Part shown: positions 51,677 through 62,801 of the stretch, in pieces
Position numbering within the stretch: the first letter of the stretch is position 1
Layout: the number at the start of each line of letters is the position of its first letter
Origin: Alphaproteobacteria bacterium
Lineage (GTDB): Bacteria; Pseudomonadota; Alphaproteobacteria; UBA828
Assembly (NCBI GenBank): GCA_965237415.1
Contig: CBDEFM010000002.1
Location: forward strand, 1,344,001-1,408,000
Direction: 5' to 3'
Length of the DNA: 64,000 nucleotides
The notes under the pieces: model-generated
Told to the model about the DNA's origin: nothing
What the model saw: only the letters and a program-made list of their open reading frames with translations
Database searches by the model: none
Program-made: the position numbers and the translations under genes

Positions 51677-52780
51677 ATGGGCTTCAGGTGCGGCATCGTG
51701 GGCCTGCCCAATGTGGGCAAGTCCACGCTGTTCAACGCGCTGGTCGCAAGCGGCGCGGCCGAGGTCGGCAACTACCCCTTCTGCACCGTCGAGCCCAACG
51801 TCGGGCGCGCGCCGGTGCCGGACGCAGCGCTCGGGGAGGTCGCGCGCCTCGCCGGCTCGCGCAAGGTCGTGCCGAGCGTGCTGGACGTGGTGGACATCGC
51901 CGGCCTCGTCGCCGGTGCCAGCAAGGGCGAAGGGCTCGGCAACCGCTTCCTGGGCCACGTGCGCGAGGCCGATGCGCTGCTCCACCTGGTCCGCTGTTTC
52001 GAGGACGATCAGGTCGCGCACGGCTCCGGCGCGGTCGAACCCCTGCGCGACATCGAGCTTATCGAGACCGAGCTCATGCTGGCCGACCTCGAAAGTCTGG
52101 AGCGCCAGCGCGAGGGAGCGGTCAAACGTGCCCGCGGTGGGGACGGCGAAGCGAAGGAGCGTCTCGCGGCGATCGAGCCCGCGCTCGCCCTTCTCGAGAG
52201 CGGCCGCCCCGCGCGTCTGTTGGATCTGCCCGACCCGAAGGCCGGGAGCGGCCTCGCGGCGCTCAACCTGCTCAGCGCGAAGCCGGTGCTCTATGTCGGC
52301 AACGTCGATGAAGCGAGCGCGGCGACGGGCAACGAGATGAGCCGGGCCGTCGCCGCCCATGCCACAGCGGCAGGCGCCGAGCAGGTCGTGATCTCGGCTG
52401 CGATCGAGGCGGAGATCGCGCTGCTCGATGAGCCGGCGGAGAAGACCGAATTCCTCGAAACGCTCGGGCTTGAGGCGCCCGGCCTCGCCCGCGTGATCCA
52501 CGCCGGCCATCGCCTCCTCGGCCTGATCCGCTTCCTCACGGCCACCGAGACCGAAGCGCGCGCCTGGCCCATTCGCGCGGGCAGCACGGCGGTCGAGGCA
52601 GCCGGGCGCATCCACACCGATTTTGCGCGCGGTTTCATCTGCGCGGAGACCATCGCGGCGGACGAGCTGATCGCGCTGGGCGGCGAGCAGGCCGCCCGCA
52701 GCGCTGGCCGCATGCGTCAGGAGGGTCGCTCCTACGTCGTCCAGGACGGCGATGTCATGCTGTTCCGCTTCAATGTGTAG
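51677..52780 (+). CDS. ychF: Redox-regulated ATPase YchF
   Basis: GIVGLPNVGKSTLFN, NYPFCT, DIAGLV.GASKGEGLGN, YVVQDGD..LFRFNV. Confidence 0.97.
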   Translation: MGFRCGIVGLPNVGKSTLFNALVASGAAEVGNYPFCTVEPNVGRAPVPDAALGEVARLAGSRKVVPSVLDVVDIAGLVAGASKGEGLGNRFLGHVREADALLHLVRCFEDDQVAHGSGAVEPLRDIELIETELMLADLESLERQREGAVKRARGGDGEAKERLAAIEPALALLESGRPARLLDLPDPKAGSGLAALNLLSAKPVLYVGNVDEASAATGNEMSRAVAAHATAAGAEQVVISAAIEAEIALLDEPAEKTEFLETLGLEAPGLARVIHAGHRLLGLIRFLTATETEARAWPIRAGSTAVEAAGRIHTDFARGFICAETIAADELIALGGEQAARSAGRMRQEGRSYVVQDGDVMLFRFNV

Positions 52781-52886
52781 CGTGGCAATGAGCGGCTACG
52801 AGTAGCGCCGCTATGCCCCTTCTGCTATGTGAAGTTCCGGCGCGTGGATAGGCGCCAGACAACGGAGTATCAGGGAGGCTTCCACG

Positions 52887-53555
52887 ATGGGCGCAGCTGT
52901 CCGGCTGACCGCGGACGATGGTCACGTTCTCAACGCATATCGCGCTGCGCCCGATGGCGAGCCGCGCGCGGGCCTCGTGCTCGTGCAGGAGATTTTCGGG
53001 GTCAACGACCACGTCAGAAGCGTGTGCGACGACTACGCGGCCCAGGGCTACCTCGTGCTGGCGCCCTGCCTGTTCGACCGCAAGGAGCCGGGGATCGAGC
53101 GGGGCTACACCGCCGAGACGGTCGACGAGGGCCGCGGGCTCAAGGCCGATATCGGCTGGGAAGGCCCGGTCATGGACATCAAGGCCGGCGTCGACGCGCT
53201 CGAAGGCGCGCCCAAGGTGGGGGTCGTGGGCTATTGCTGGGGCGGATCGCTCGCCTGGCTTGCCGCTTGCCGTTTGGAGTTCGACGTGGCGGTCGGCTAT
53301 TACGGCGGCCAGATCGTCGAGTTCGTCGGCGAGACGCCCGACTGCCCGACGATGCTCCACTTCGGCACCGAGGACGCGGGCATCCCGATGGCCGACGTGG
53401 ACGAGATCAAGACCACCCATCCCGACGTCGCGGTCCACGTCTATCAGGGCGCCGGCCACGGCTTCAACTGCGACCACCGCGCCGACTACCACGCGGACGC
53501 CGCCGCACTGGCCCGCGACCGCTCACTCGCGCACCTCGCACGCCATCTCGGCTAG
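52887..53555 (+). CDS. Dienelactone hydrolase family protein
   Basis: QEIFGVN, GYCWGG, GAGHGF. Confidence 0.93.
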   Translation: MGAAVRLTADDGHVLNAYRAAPDGEPRAGLVLVQEIFGVNDHVRSVCDDYAAQGYLVLAPCLFDRKEPGIERGYTAETVDEGRGLKADIGWEGPVMDIKAGVDALEGAPKVGVVGYCWGGSLAWLAACRLEFDVAVGYYGGQIVEFVGETPDCPTMLHFGTEDAGIPMADVDEIKTTHPDVAVHVYQGAGHGFNCDHRADYHADAAALARDRSLAHLARHLG

Positions 53556-53564
53556 CGAGCGTCT

Positions 53565-54449
<885 letters not shown>

Positions 54450-54659
54450 CTCGGATCTCAACTTAATCACTTCCCTCAGGCGCCGGGCGCTCGCTCCGCT
54501 CGCTTGGCTACGCGCCATTCGGCGCGCGGCGCAGTCGCGCCGTCCGGTCTGCTTCGCAGCCCGGTCCCTGTCATGGTCGTCGTCTTGCCGGTTGCCGACC
54601 GTGTGACCCCGCACCATGGTGCGGTGGAGGGCGGGGGCTCGGCGCGCCAGCATCGCGCC

Positions 54660-55361
54660 ATGCAAAACGAAACCCCAAAGACATCGACAGCCGCGGCGTT
54701 CGGACGCTCCTCCGTCGCGCGGCTGCCGCCAGAGCTGCGCGAGGCCGTCGATGCGGCCATCGCAGACGGCGCCACCATCGACGAGATCACGGCCCGCATC
54801 CGGGCGGAGGGCGGCGCGTGCTCGCGCTCGGCCGTCGGCCGCTACACCAAGAACGTGCGCGACCTGATCCTCCGACAGCAGGAGGCCGACCGCGCCAACG
54901 AGGCGTGGGTGCGTGCGCTCGGCGAGCGCGTGCAAGGCCGCGCGGGGCTCATCCTGATCGAGACCCTGCGGACGCTGACGCTCTCCGCCATGGCCGATCT
55001 CAGCCGGCGCGAGGAGCCCGTGTCGACGGAAGAGCTCGCCCGCCTGGCGCTGGTTCTCAGGCGCATCGAAGGCACCGACAAGCTCCGTCTCGAGCGGGAG
55101 CGGGCGGCGGCGAAGGCAGCCAGGGCCGCGCCCGGCGCGGGCCAGGCGCCGGTCAGGAAGGGCCTCTCGCCCGAGGCCGTCGCCGCCATCCGCGAGGTCG
55201 TCGAGGGGAGGCCCCGCCCGCCCGAGCGCGCCGTCACATCGGCGCCGGTCGACCCGTGGAATCCCGCGGAATCCCACTTATCCCACTTAATCCCACTTAA
55301 TCCCGGACAAGAAAACGGTGCTTTGTCCGGGACGGACGGCGGAAGCGGATCGCGACGGTGA
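54660..55361 (+). CDS. DUF3486 / phage Mu gp27-like protein (orphan)
   Basis: GRSSVARLPPELRE..., CSRSAVGRY, GLSPEAVAAIR pattern (recognised from recall). Confidence 0.65.
   Translation: MQNETPKTSTAAAFGRSSVARLPPELREAVDAAIADGATIDEITARIRAEGGACSRSAVGRYTKNVRDLILRQQEADRANEAWVRALGERVQGRAGLILIETLRTLTLSAMADLSRREEPVSTEELARLALVLRRIEGTDKLRLERERAAAKAARAAPGAGQAPVRKGLSPEAVAAIREVVEGRPRPPERAVTSAPVDPWNPAESHLSHLIPLNPGQENGALSGTDGGSGSRR
55270..55304. repeat. Short ~10-bp tandem repeat (AATCCCACTT)n
   Basis: AATCCCACTT-ATCCCACTTA-ATCCCACTTA-ATCCC. Confidence 0.7.
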
Positions 55362-55446
55362 TGGGATATGGGGGCTCACGCCAGATTGCGACGGTTCTAC
55401 GCTCTTGCCCCCGTGAGTGTTCTCTTGCACCTCAAGTTTCTCACTC

Positions 55447-55536
55447 CGTCATGCCCGGACTTGATCCGGGCATCCAGTCGCTTTGAGCCAGACCTGGGTG
55501 CCCTCGTGGATGGCCGGGACAAGCCCGGCCATGACG
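55447..55536. repeat. Alphaproteobacterial REP-like palindromic element, copy 2
   Basis: CGTCATGCCCGGACTTGATCCGGGCATCCA...TGGATGGCCGGGACAAGCCCGGCCATGACG. Confidence 0.85.
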
Positions 55537-55581
55537 CGACGTGGGAACACGCAGTCAGATACGAACTCCGGCAACACGGGG

Positions 55582-55992
55582 CTAGCGGCTCTGTTCGACC
55601 TCGACGCCGACGCCTGCGGTATCCGGGAAGAGGTCGAGCTTCTCGACCCGCACCCACACGCCCTGCACGCGCTGGTTGGCAAGGCAGAGCTCGACGATGC
55701 GGTCGGCCAACGTCTCCACCAGATTGATGTGGCCGGATCGGGCGATGGCACGAATGCCGTCGACGATGGCCTCGTACGAGACGACGTTGGCGATGCTGTC
55801 CTCGATCGGCTGCTCGTCGTCAGCGACTTGCACGCGGACGTTGATCCGCACCCGTTGCGTGGCGTGGTGCTCGTGCTCGTGAACGCCGATCGAGCAGGGC
55901 AGGACCAGATCGTGGATCAGCAGGCAGCGCCGCCCCACCCCGGCCTGCGCCGCCGCGCCGGAGCTATCCGGCGCTGGGGCTCTGGTGGTCAT
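55582..55992 (-). CDS. folB: Dihydroneopterin aldolase
   Basis: IGVHEHE...QRVRIN, VVSYE, HINLVETLA, VRVEK, GVE. Confidence 0.88.
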   Translation of the reverse strand: MTTRAPAPDSSGAAAQAGVGRRCLLIHDLVLPCSIGVHEHEHHATQRVRINVRVQVADDEQPIEDSIANVVSYEAIVDGIRAIARSGHINLVETLADRIVELCLANQRVQGVWVRVEKLDLFPDTAGVGVEVEQSR

Positions 55993-56792
55993 TCCAGGAT
56001 CCGTTCGCCCTGCGGCATCGCCCAGCCGAGATGCTGACCGCTGTCCAGGGCGATCATCTGCCCGGTGAGCGCGCGCGCCGCAAGGATGAAGCGTATGCCG
56101 TCGGCGATGTCGGCGGGCGCCACGCCGCGCTTCAACGGCGTGGCTTCGCATTGCGCGGCGAAGTGCTCGGGGCTCTGGCGGGAGCTCGGCAGGGTCGGGC
56201 CGGGGCCGATGCCGTTGACCCGGATGCGGGGCGCAAGCGCGAGCGCCGCCGTTTGCGTGAGAGTCCAGAGCCCCGACTTGCTGAGCGTGTAAGACATGAA
56301 GTGCGGCGTGAGGCTCCAGACGCGCTGGTCGAGCATGTTGACGATGCAGCCCTCCGCCTCCCCCGGCAATACCGCCGCGAACCTCTGCATCAGCACGAAC
56401 GGCGCACGCAGGTTGACCGCCATGTGGCGATCCCAGCTCGCGCGGTCCGCGCTTTGCAGGTCGTCGTAGTCGAAGGGGGAGGCGTTGTTGACGAGGCAGC
56501 CGAGGGGCCCGAGGGCATCCGTCGCGCGCGCCACCAGGGTCTCCACCTCGGCCTCCTCGGCGAGATCGGCCCTGAGTGCCACGGCGCGGCCGCCGGCGCT
56601 CTCGATGCCGGCGACGACGTCCCCCGCGGCGTCCCCCGACTCGCGATGATGCACCGCGACCGCCCAGCCGTCGTGCACCAGCGCCTCGGCGATGGTGCGG
56701 CCGATTCGCGTCGCGGCGCCGGTGACCAGAGCCGCCCGCGGCATTGCGCCCGTTGTCTGCATAGCGCCTGATCGTGTGTCCGATGCAGCCAT
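55989..56792 (-). CDS. SDR oxidoreductase (pteridine reductase/FolM-like)
   Basis: LVTGAATRIG, LVNNAS, YTLSK, IRVNGIGPG; coupled to folB; start may be 56762. Confidence 0.88.
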   Translation of the reverse strand: MAASDTRSGAMQTTGAMPRAALVTGAATRIGRTIAEALVHDGWAVAVHHRESGDAAGDVVAGIESAGGRAVALRADLAEEAEVETLVARATDALGPLGCLVNNASPFDYDDLQSADRASWDRHMAVNLRAPFVLMQRFAAVLPGEAEGCIVNMLDQRVWSLTPHFMSYTLSKSGLWTLTQTAALALAPRIRVNGIGPGPTLPSSRQSPEHFAAQCEATPLKRGVAPADIADGIRFILAARALTGQMIALDSGQHLGWAMPQGERILE

Positions 56793-56803
56793 CGATGACC
56801 GGG

Positions 56804-57265
56804 CTAGCTGCCCGCCTCCTGCCGCCTTTCTTCCTGTTCGTAGAAGCGGAAGACCATGTCCGTCAGAGTGACGAAGCCCACCGCCTCGTTCCCGTCGACC
56901 ACCACGCCGCGCGACAGGCCGAATCGGCCGAGGAGCCGGATCGCGTACTTGATCTCCATGTCTGCGTTCACGGTGAGCACCGGCTTCGACATGATCTCAT
57001 AGACGTTCACGCGGTCGGGCGAGCGGTTGTGCGCGATCACCTTGTTGGCGATGTCGGAGTCCACGACGATGCCGTACTCGTCGCCGGGCCGCCGGCGCTC
57101 GACCACGAGGGAGCGCACCTGGTTCTCGCGCATCCGCTCGAGGGCCTCGTGAACCGTGGCCATGCCGTCGATCGGCGCCGGCATGGGCGACATCACGGCG
57201 CGCACCGTATTGAACCGAGTGTCCCTGCTCGGGGCCGCCATGCCCGTGCTCGCCTTCATGCTCAT
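56804..57265 (-). CDS. CBS domain-containing protein
   Basis: VRAVMS...IDGMATV.EAL, YGIV, RVNVYEIMSKPV. Confidence 0.88.
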   Translation of the reverse strand: MSMKASTGMAAPSRDTRFNTVRAVMSPMPAPIDGMATVHEALERMRENQVRSLVVERRRPGDEYGIVVDSDIANKVIAHNRSPDRVNVYEIMSKPVLTVNADMEIKYAIRLLGRFGLSRGVVVDGNEAVGFVTLTDMVFRFYEQEERRQEAGS

Positions 57266-57612
57266 ATCTGGTCCTCGATTTCGTGCTTGATCTCCGGAAT
57301 TTGGCTGGAGAGGCCGATGGCGTCCTCGATTGCGATCTGGAAGGCGATCCCCGTCCCCGACTTTTCCTCGAAGGCCCCTTCCGTTGCGATCTCCTCGAGG
57401 ACGGCACGGCTCATATGCTCTTCGACGAGGAACATCACAATGTCCCGCTGGCCGCTCAGCCTCAAGCCGAGAAAGGTCTTCTCCGGCTCCAGCCCCTCGC
57501 CGCGGCATCCCGTGATGATGGTAGCCCCGGTCGCACCGCTGCGGCGACCGGCGTCGAGGACGGCTTCCGTCTCGCCTGCATCCACGAGCGCCATGATGAG
57601 CTTGAAACGCAT
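57262..57612 (-). CDS. P-II family signal transduction protein
   Basis: FKLIMALV, GATGATI..CRGEG, GTGIAFQIAIEDAIG. Confidence 0.88.
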   Translation of the reverse strand: MRFKLIMALVDAGETEAVLDAGRRSGATGATIITGCRGEGLEPEKTFLGLRLSGQRDIVMFLVEEHMSRAVLEEIATEGAFEEKSGTGIAFQIAIEDAIGLSSQIPEIKHEIEDQI

Positions 57613-57615
57613 TGT

Positions 57616-58401
57616 CTAAGCTCCTTTCCCGGATGATCGGCGCTTGCGCGCGGCTTGGAGCGCCGATGAGAGCTGGGCATAACCCAGCACCGCGATGACG
57701 GCAAAGACGCAGGCAAACGCGATGAGGCCGAAGCCGTCGAGCATCGGGCTGCGGCCGGGCACGTTGGCGGCAAGGCCGAGGCCGAGTGCTGCGACCAGCG
57801 GCACGGTCACGGTCGACGACGTGACGCCGCCGGAATCGTAGGCGAGCGCGATGATGCTGCGTGAGGCGAAGATCGTCAGCACGATGACGATCGCGTAGGC
57901 GGACATGAACAGATAGTGGAGCGGCAGCCCGGTGACGATGCGGACGGCCCCGAGCCCGACGCCGACCGCGACGCCGATGGCGACCGCGATGCGCAGGCCC
58001 CAGGGCCTGATCGTCCCGCCCGAGACGGCGGCGGCCTTGTGGGCGACGGCCATGAGCGAGGGCTCCGCGATGGTCGTGCCGAAGCCGATGGCGGCCGCAA
58101 ACGCGTAGATCCAGCCATAGTCGAGCCAGTGCGCGGAGGCACCCGCCGCGAGGCCGAGGAAGGCCGGGTCCGTCAGCTGCGCCGCCATCGTCTTGCCGAG
58201 AGGGAAGAGCGCCTCCTCCAGCCCGATGAGGAAGAGCACGAGCCCGATCACGACATAGAGGAAGCCGACGGTGATCCGACCGAGATTCGCCGGGCGCCGG
58301 CGCAAGACGACGATCTGGAAGAAGAGCACGAGGCCGATCAGCGGTGCGACGTCCAGCACCGTATCCATGCCGGCCGACAATATGAGGGCAATCAGCTCCA
58401 A
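57616..58401 (-). CDS. DUF1538 family membrane protein
   Basis: [34 protein letters not shown]. Confidence 0.88.
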   Translation of the reverse strand: MELIALILSAGMDTVLDVAPLIGLVLFFQIVVLRRRPANLGRITVGFLYVVIGLVLFLIGLEEALFPLGKTMAAQLTDPAFLGLAAGASAHWLDYGWIYAFAAAIGFGTTIAEPSLMAVAHKAAAVSGGTIRPWGLRIAVAIGVAVGVGLGAVRIVTGLPLHYLFMSAYAIVIVLTIFASRSIIALAYDSGGVTSSTVTVPLVAALGLGLAANVPGRSPMLDGFGLIAFACVFAVIAVLGYAQLSSALQAARKRRSSGKGA

Positions 58402-58412
58402 TGCGCCGCCCT

Positions 58413-59225
58413 TTAGAACACCATGCCGAAGACGAGCACGAAGATGATGGGCGTGAGGCTCGCGTAGGCGATGAGGCCGAAGCCGTCGATCAGCGGGTTG
58501 CGCCCCCGGATCGCCGTGGCGAGGCCGACGCCAAGCGCCGTCACCATCGGCACGGTGATGGTGGACGTCGTAACCCCGCCGGAATCGTAGGCGATGCCGA
58601 CGATCTCGTCCGGCGCGAGGAAGGTGAGGCCCACCGCGACGACGTAGCCGCCGATGATCCAGTAGTGGAGCGGCCAGCCCTTGATGATGCGGAGCACGCC
58701 GAGCGTGATGCCGACGCCGACCGAGAGCGCGACCGTGTAGCGCAGCCCGAGCGCATAGGCATCCATGGCGTCGGGGTCGGCGGCGACGACGCCGGCGTCG
58801 GCGGCGACCCGGGCGGCCTCCGCCGTGACGGCGATCAGCGCGGGCTCCGCGACGGTAGTCCCGAAGCCGAGCGCGAAGGCGAAGATGAGAAGCCAGATCA
58901 GGCTGCCCTTGTGCGCAAACCCCTGGGCCAGGCCCTCGCCCAGCGGGAAGAGGCCCATCTCCAGCCCCTTGATGAAGAGCGCGAGCCCCAGCATCACGAG
59001 CACGAGCCCGCCGATCATACCGCCGAGATCGGGAAACGGTTGGCGCAGGATGGCAACCTGAAAGACGGCAACCACGACGACGATCGGGGCGAGATCGCGA
59101 AGCGTGCCGAGCACGAGGCCGGCAATGGAGAGAAGGCCCGCCGCCGTCCGATTCTTCTTCAGACGGGCAAGTACGCGCCGCGCTTGACGACCGGGCTTGG
59201 TGTCGGCGTCGGCGGGCGCATTCAT
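58413..59225 (-). CDS. DUF1538 family membrane protein
   Basis: Paralogue with the same [21 protein letters not shown] and DGFGLIA motifs. Confidence 0.88.
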   Translation of the reverse strand: MNAPADADTKPGRQARRVLARLKKNRTAAGLLSIAGLVLGTLRDLAPIVVVVAVFQVAILRQPFPDLGGMIGGLVLVMLGLALFIKGLEMGLFPLGEGLAQGFAHKGSLIWLLIFAFALGFGTTVAEPALIAVTAEAARVAADAGVVAADPDAMDAYALGLRYTVALSVGVGITLGVLRIIKGWPLHYWIIGGYVVAVGLTFLAPDEIVGIAYDSGGVTTSTITVPMVTALGVGLATAIRGRNPLIDGFGLIAYASLTPIIFVLVFGMVF

Positions 59226-59422
59226 AGCGACTCGGGCTCCGATTCCTTCCTCATATAACTACATGGTCTCAGCACGAAAAATCACCAGGCCCACGCAGGA
59301 GCGGACAAGGTCGCGGGCGACGGAATCGAGATTGCAGCGTATTCCTGCTACGGTTGAATGACGGTGCTCGTCGCGCCGGCAGAATCTATTGGCCGATAAT
59401 CGACGGAACGGCGGGGGAGACC

Positions 59423-60157
59423 ATGAGGATCGACATCAACTGCGACATGGGCGAGGCCTACAGCATCTATACCTGCGGCGACGACGCGGCGATCATGCCC
59501 TACATCACCTCGGCCAACGTCGCCTGCGGTTTTCATGCCTCGGACCCGGGGGTCATGCATGCCACCGTCGTGCTCGCCAAGGAGCACGGCGTGAAGGTGG
59601 GGGCTCATCCGTCGTTCCCCGATCGCGACGGCTTCGGCCGGCGCTACATGAAGATGGACCGCAAGGAGCTGCGCGACGCCATCATCTATCAGTGCGGCGC
59701 GCTGAAGGGCTTTCTCGATATGGAGGGGATGACCCTCAACCACCTGAAGCCGCACGGTGCGCTCTACGGCGCCGCCTGGATCGACGAAGACGTGGCAACC
59801 GCCTGCGCCGAGGCGGCACAGGTCTTCGGCGTGCCCATGTACGGCACGACCGGCACCATGCACGAGACGATCTGGCCCAACTACACCGATGTCGTGTGGG
59901 AAATCTTCGCCGACCTGGACTATGACGACGAGGGCCGCTGCATCATCACCCGCGAGCACAAGTCGGTGGCGCCCGAACAGGCGGTCGAGCAGATCATGCG
60001 CGTGGTCAACGACGGCGTGATCCGCTCGGTCAACGGCAAGGACGTGCCGACGAAGGCGGAGACGATCTGCGTTCACTCGGACACGCCGAGCGCGGTCGCC
60101 GTCGCCAAGGCTGTGCGCCAGGCGGTCGACCCCTACATCGAACGGAACGGAGGATGA
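59423..60157 (+). CDS. LamB/YcsF family (5-oxoprolinase subunit PxpA-like)
   Basis: IDINCDMGE, ANVACGFHA.DP, GAHPSFPD..GFGRR, KPHGALY, TICVHSD. Confidence 0.92.
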   Translation: MRIDINCDMGEAYSIYTCGDDAAIMPYITSANVACGFHASDPGVMHATVVLAKEHGVKVGAHPSFPDRDGFGRRYMKMDRKELRDAIIYQCGALKGFLDMEGMTLNHLKPHGALYGAAWIDEDVATACAEAAQVFGVPMYGTTGTMHETIWPNYTDVVWEIFADLDYDDEGRCIITREHKSVAPEQAVEQIMRVVNDGVIRSVNGKDVPTKAETICVHSDTPSAVAVAKAVRQAVDPYIERNGG

Positions 60158-61566
60158 GCACGGTGGCAACGCAGGCGGGCGCCGGGGCGAGCGCCGATAT
60201 CCGCGCTTCGAATTCCGGCATCATCCAGGCTTACCGGGCGAAGACTCCGGGCTCGGCGGCGCTCGCGGCCGAGGCCAGGGAGCTCCTTCCTTCCGGCATC
60301 GTCCACGATGCACGCCATCTGGAGCCTTACGGCATCTACGTCACGCGGGCCGAGGGTTCGCGCAAGTGGGACCGGGACGGCAACGAGTATGTCGATTACG
60401 CCGGCGGCCATGGCGCTCTGCTGCTTGGCCACGGCCGGCCGGAGGTCCTTGCCGCCATTCAGGACGCATTGCCGGACGGCACACACCCGGGCGCCAACCA
60501 CGAGCGCGAAGTCCGCTGGGCGCAGATCGTGGGCGAGCTTGTGCCGTGCGCGGAGCGGGTGCGCTTCACCTCCTCCGGCACCGAGGCGACCCACATGGCG
60601 CTCCGCCTCGCCCGCGCCCATACCGGCAAGAACAAGATCGTGCGCTTCAAGGGTCACTTCCACGGCTGGCACGATCACATGACCTCCGGCTATACCTCGC
60701 ACTTCGACGGGGCGCCGACGGCGGGCGTGCTGCCCGACCTCGCAGCCCAGGTGATCCTGCTGCCGCCCGGCGATCGGGAAGCCACGCGCGCCGCCTTCGA
60801 GGGCGACGACGATATCGCGGCGGCGATCCTGGAGCCGACCGGTGGCTCCTTCGGCCTCGTGCCCCATGTGCCGGAGTTTCTCGGCTTCCTGCGGGAGCTG
60901 ACGGCGAAGCACGGCGCGGTGCTGATCTTCGACGAGGTGGTCACCGGGTTCCGCGTCGCCCCCGGCGGCGCGCAGGGGCATTTCGGCGTCACCCCCGACA
61001 TGAGCACCCACGCCAAGATCATCGCCGGCGGCCTGCCGGGCGGCGCCGTGGCCGGGCGCAGGGAATTTCTCGACGACCTGGATTTCTATGCGACCAGGGA
61101 AAGCGGGCGCGAGAAGATCTTCCATCCCGGCACCTTCAATGCAAACCCCGTCTCCGCCGCCGCCGGCACGGCCGCGCTCACTATCGTGCGGGATTCGGAC
61201 GCCTGCGAGCGGGCATCGGCCTTCGGCGCGGAGCTCAGGGCCGCGCTCAACGACGTGTTGGAAGCGGAAGGCGTGCCCTGGTCGGTTTACGGCACCTTCT
61301 CCTCCTTCCACTTCTTCATGAACCCGCGCGGGCGCGCGATCCGGCCGGCTTCCTTCGATCCCCTCGACATCGACTATGCGGAGCTCAAGGATCGCCCGCC
61401 GGAGCTCGTGAACAAGATACGCCTCGGCCTGCTGGTGAACGGCGTGGACATCCAGGGCTGGCCCGGCGGCGTGACGTCGGCTGCCAACACGGCGGACGAC
61501 ATTTCGGTCACCGCCGACGCCTTGCGCGAGACGATCCGCATGTTGCGCCGCGAGGGGGAGCTCTAG
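60154..61566 (+). CDS. Class III aminotransferase (glutamate-1-semialdehyde aminomutase-like)
   Basis: RFTSSGTEA, HFHGWHD, LIFDEVVTGFR, AKIIAGGLP, GTFNANP. Confidence 0.88.
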   Translation: MSTVATQAGAGASADIRASNSGIIQAYRAKTPGSAALAAEARELLPSGIVHDARHLEPYGIYVTRAEGSRKWDRDGNEYVDYAGGHGALLLGHGRPEVLAAIQDALPDGTHPGANHEREVRWAQIVGELVPCAERVRFTSSGTEATHMALRLARAHTGKNKIVRFKGHFHGWHDHMTSGYTSHFDGAPTAGVLPDLAAQVILLPPGDREATRAAFEGDDDIAAAILEPTGGSFGLVPHVPEFLGFLRELTAKHGAVLIFDEVVTGFRVAPGGAQGHFGVTPDMSTHAKIIAGGLPGGAVAGRREFLDDLDFYATRESGREKIFHPGTFNANPVSAAAGTAALTIVRDSDACERASAFGAELRAALNDVLEAEGVPWSVYGTFSSFHFFMNPRGRAIRPASFDPLDIDYAELKDRPPELVNKIRLGLLVNGVDIQGWPGGVTSAANTADDISVTADALRETIRMLRREGEL

Positions 61567-61637
61567 CCGGAACGCCCAGGCGCCCTGCGGCTCCGGCCAG
61601 CGCGGCCTCGGCGGCGGCCCTCGGCGCGGGAGCACGA

Positions 61638-62801
61638 ATGGACACGCTCGAACGTTTCGCCGAAGCGAAGCTGGCTGCGCTCTCGGAGCAGCAGCTGCGC
61701 CGCACCCTCCACGAGACCGCGCCCTGCGGACCCGTCCGGGTCAAGCGGAACGGACGACCGCTGATTTCGTTCTGCAGCAACGACTACCTCAACCTGTCGC
61801 AGCACCCGGCGGTCAAGCGGGCGGCGGTCGAGGCCACCGAGCGCTGGGGCGCCGGAGCCGGCTCGTCGCGGTTGGTAACGGGCAACCATCCCCTCTTCGC
61901 GGAGCTGGAGCGCCGCCTGGCCCGGCTCAAGGGCACGGACGACGCCTGCGTCTTCGGCTCAGGCTACCTCGCCAACCTCGGCATCGTTCCGACCCTTGTC
62001 GGCGCCCGCGACCTGATCGTCGCGGACGAATTGAGCCACGCGTGCCTGCGCGCGGGCGCGGCGCTTTCGAGGTCGCACGTGGAGATCTTCCGTCACAACG
62101 ACCTCGACCATGTGGAGGACCTGTTGGCGACCCACCGCGCCAGCCACGAGCGCGCGTTGCTGCTGACTGACGGCGTGTTCAGCATGGATGGCGACCTCGC
62201 ACCGGTCGCGGCGCTCGCCGAGATCGCGGCGGCCCACGACGCATGGTTGATGACGGATGATGCCCACGGAATCGGCGTGGTCGGCGGCGGGCGCGGCTCG
62301 AGTTTTTGCGGCGGCGCCAAGGCGGACGTCCAGTTGCAGATGGGCACGCTGTCGAAGGCGGTCGGCGGCTATGGCGGCTATCTCTGCGCGTCGCAGGCGG
62401 TGATCGACCTGATCCGCACCCGGGCGCGGCCCTTCATTTACTCCACCGGCCTGCCGCCAGGCGTGGTTGCGGCAGGCATCGCGGCCCTCGACCTGATCGC
62501 GAACGATCCCGACCTGGTCGCGGCGCCGCTGCGCAAGGCGGCCTTTTTCTGCGCCCGCCTCAACCTCCCGGCGCCGGAGAGTTGCATCGTGCCGATCCTG
62601 CTCGGTGCGCCGGAGCGCGCGCTCACCGCATCGCGGCTGCTGGAGGAAGAAGGCTTCCTCGTCACCGCAATCAGGCCGCCGACGGTGCCGGAAGGCACGG
62701 CGCGGCTCCGCCTCACCTTCAGCGCGGGCCATGACGATGCCGACATCGAGTGGCTGGCCGACATCGTGCGCGAACGCATCCTCGATCATGACGAGCGATG
62801 A
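61638..62801 (+). CDS. bioF: 8-amino-7-oxononanoate synthase
   Basis: FCSNDYL, SRLVTG, SGYLAN, FSMDGD, DDAHG, GTLSKA, IRPPTVP. Confidence 0.94.
   Translation: MDTLERFAEAKLAALSEQQLRRTLHETAPCGPVRVKRNGRPLISFCSNDYLNLSQHPAVKRAAVEATERWGAGAGSSRLVTGNHPLFAELERRLARLKGTDDACVFGSGYLANLGIVPTLVGARDLIVADELSHACLRAGAALSRSHVEIFRHNDLDHVEDLLATHRASHERALLLTDGVFSMDGDLAPVAALAEIAAAHDAWLMTDDAHGIGVVGGGRGSSFCGGAKADVQLQMGTLSKAVGGYGGYLCASQAVIDLIRTRARPFIYSTGLPPGVVAAGIAALDLIANDPDLVAAPLRKAAFFCARLNLPAPESCIVPILLGAPERALTASRLLEEEGFLVTAIRPPTVPEGTARLRLTFSAGHDDADIEWLADIVRERILDHDER

Noticed and set aside
60154-61566. Naming the gene hemL or bioA
   Set aside because: Only family-level motifs are present; alphaproteobacteria generally make ALA by the C4 route, and BioA-specific motifs are not seen
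60366-61637. 811-aa extended BioF
   Set aside because: The upstream part is an off-frame overlap with the aminotransferase; BioF starts at 61638
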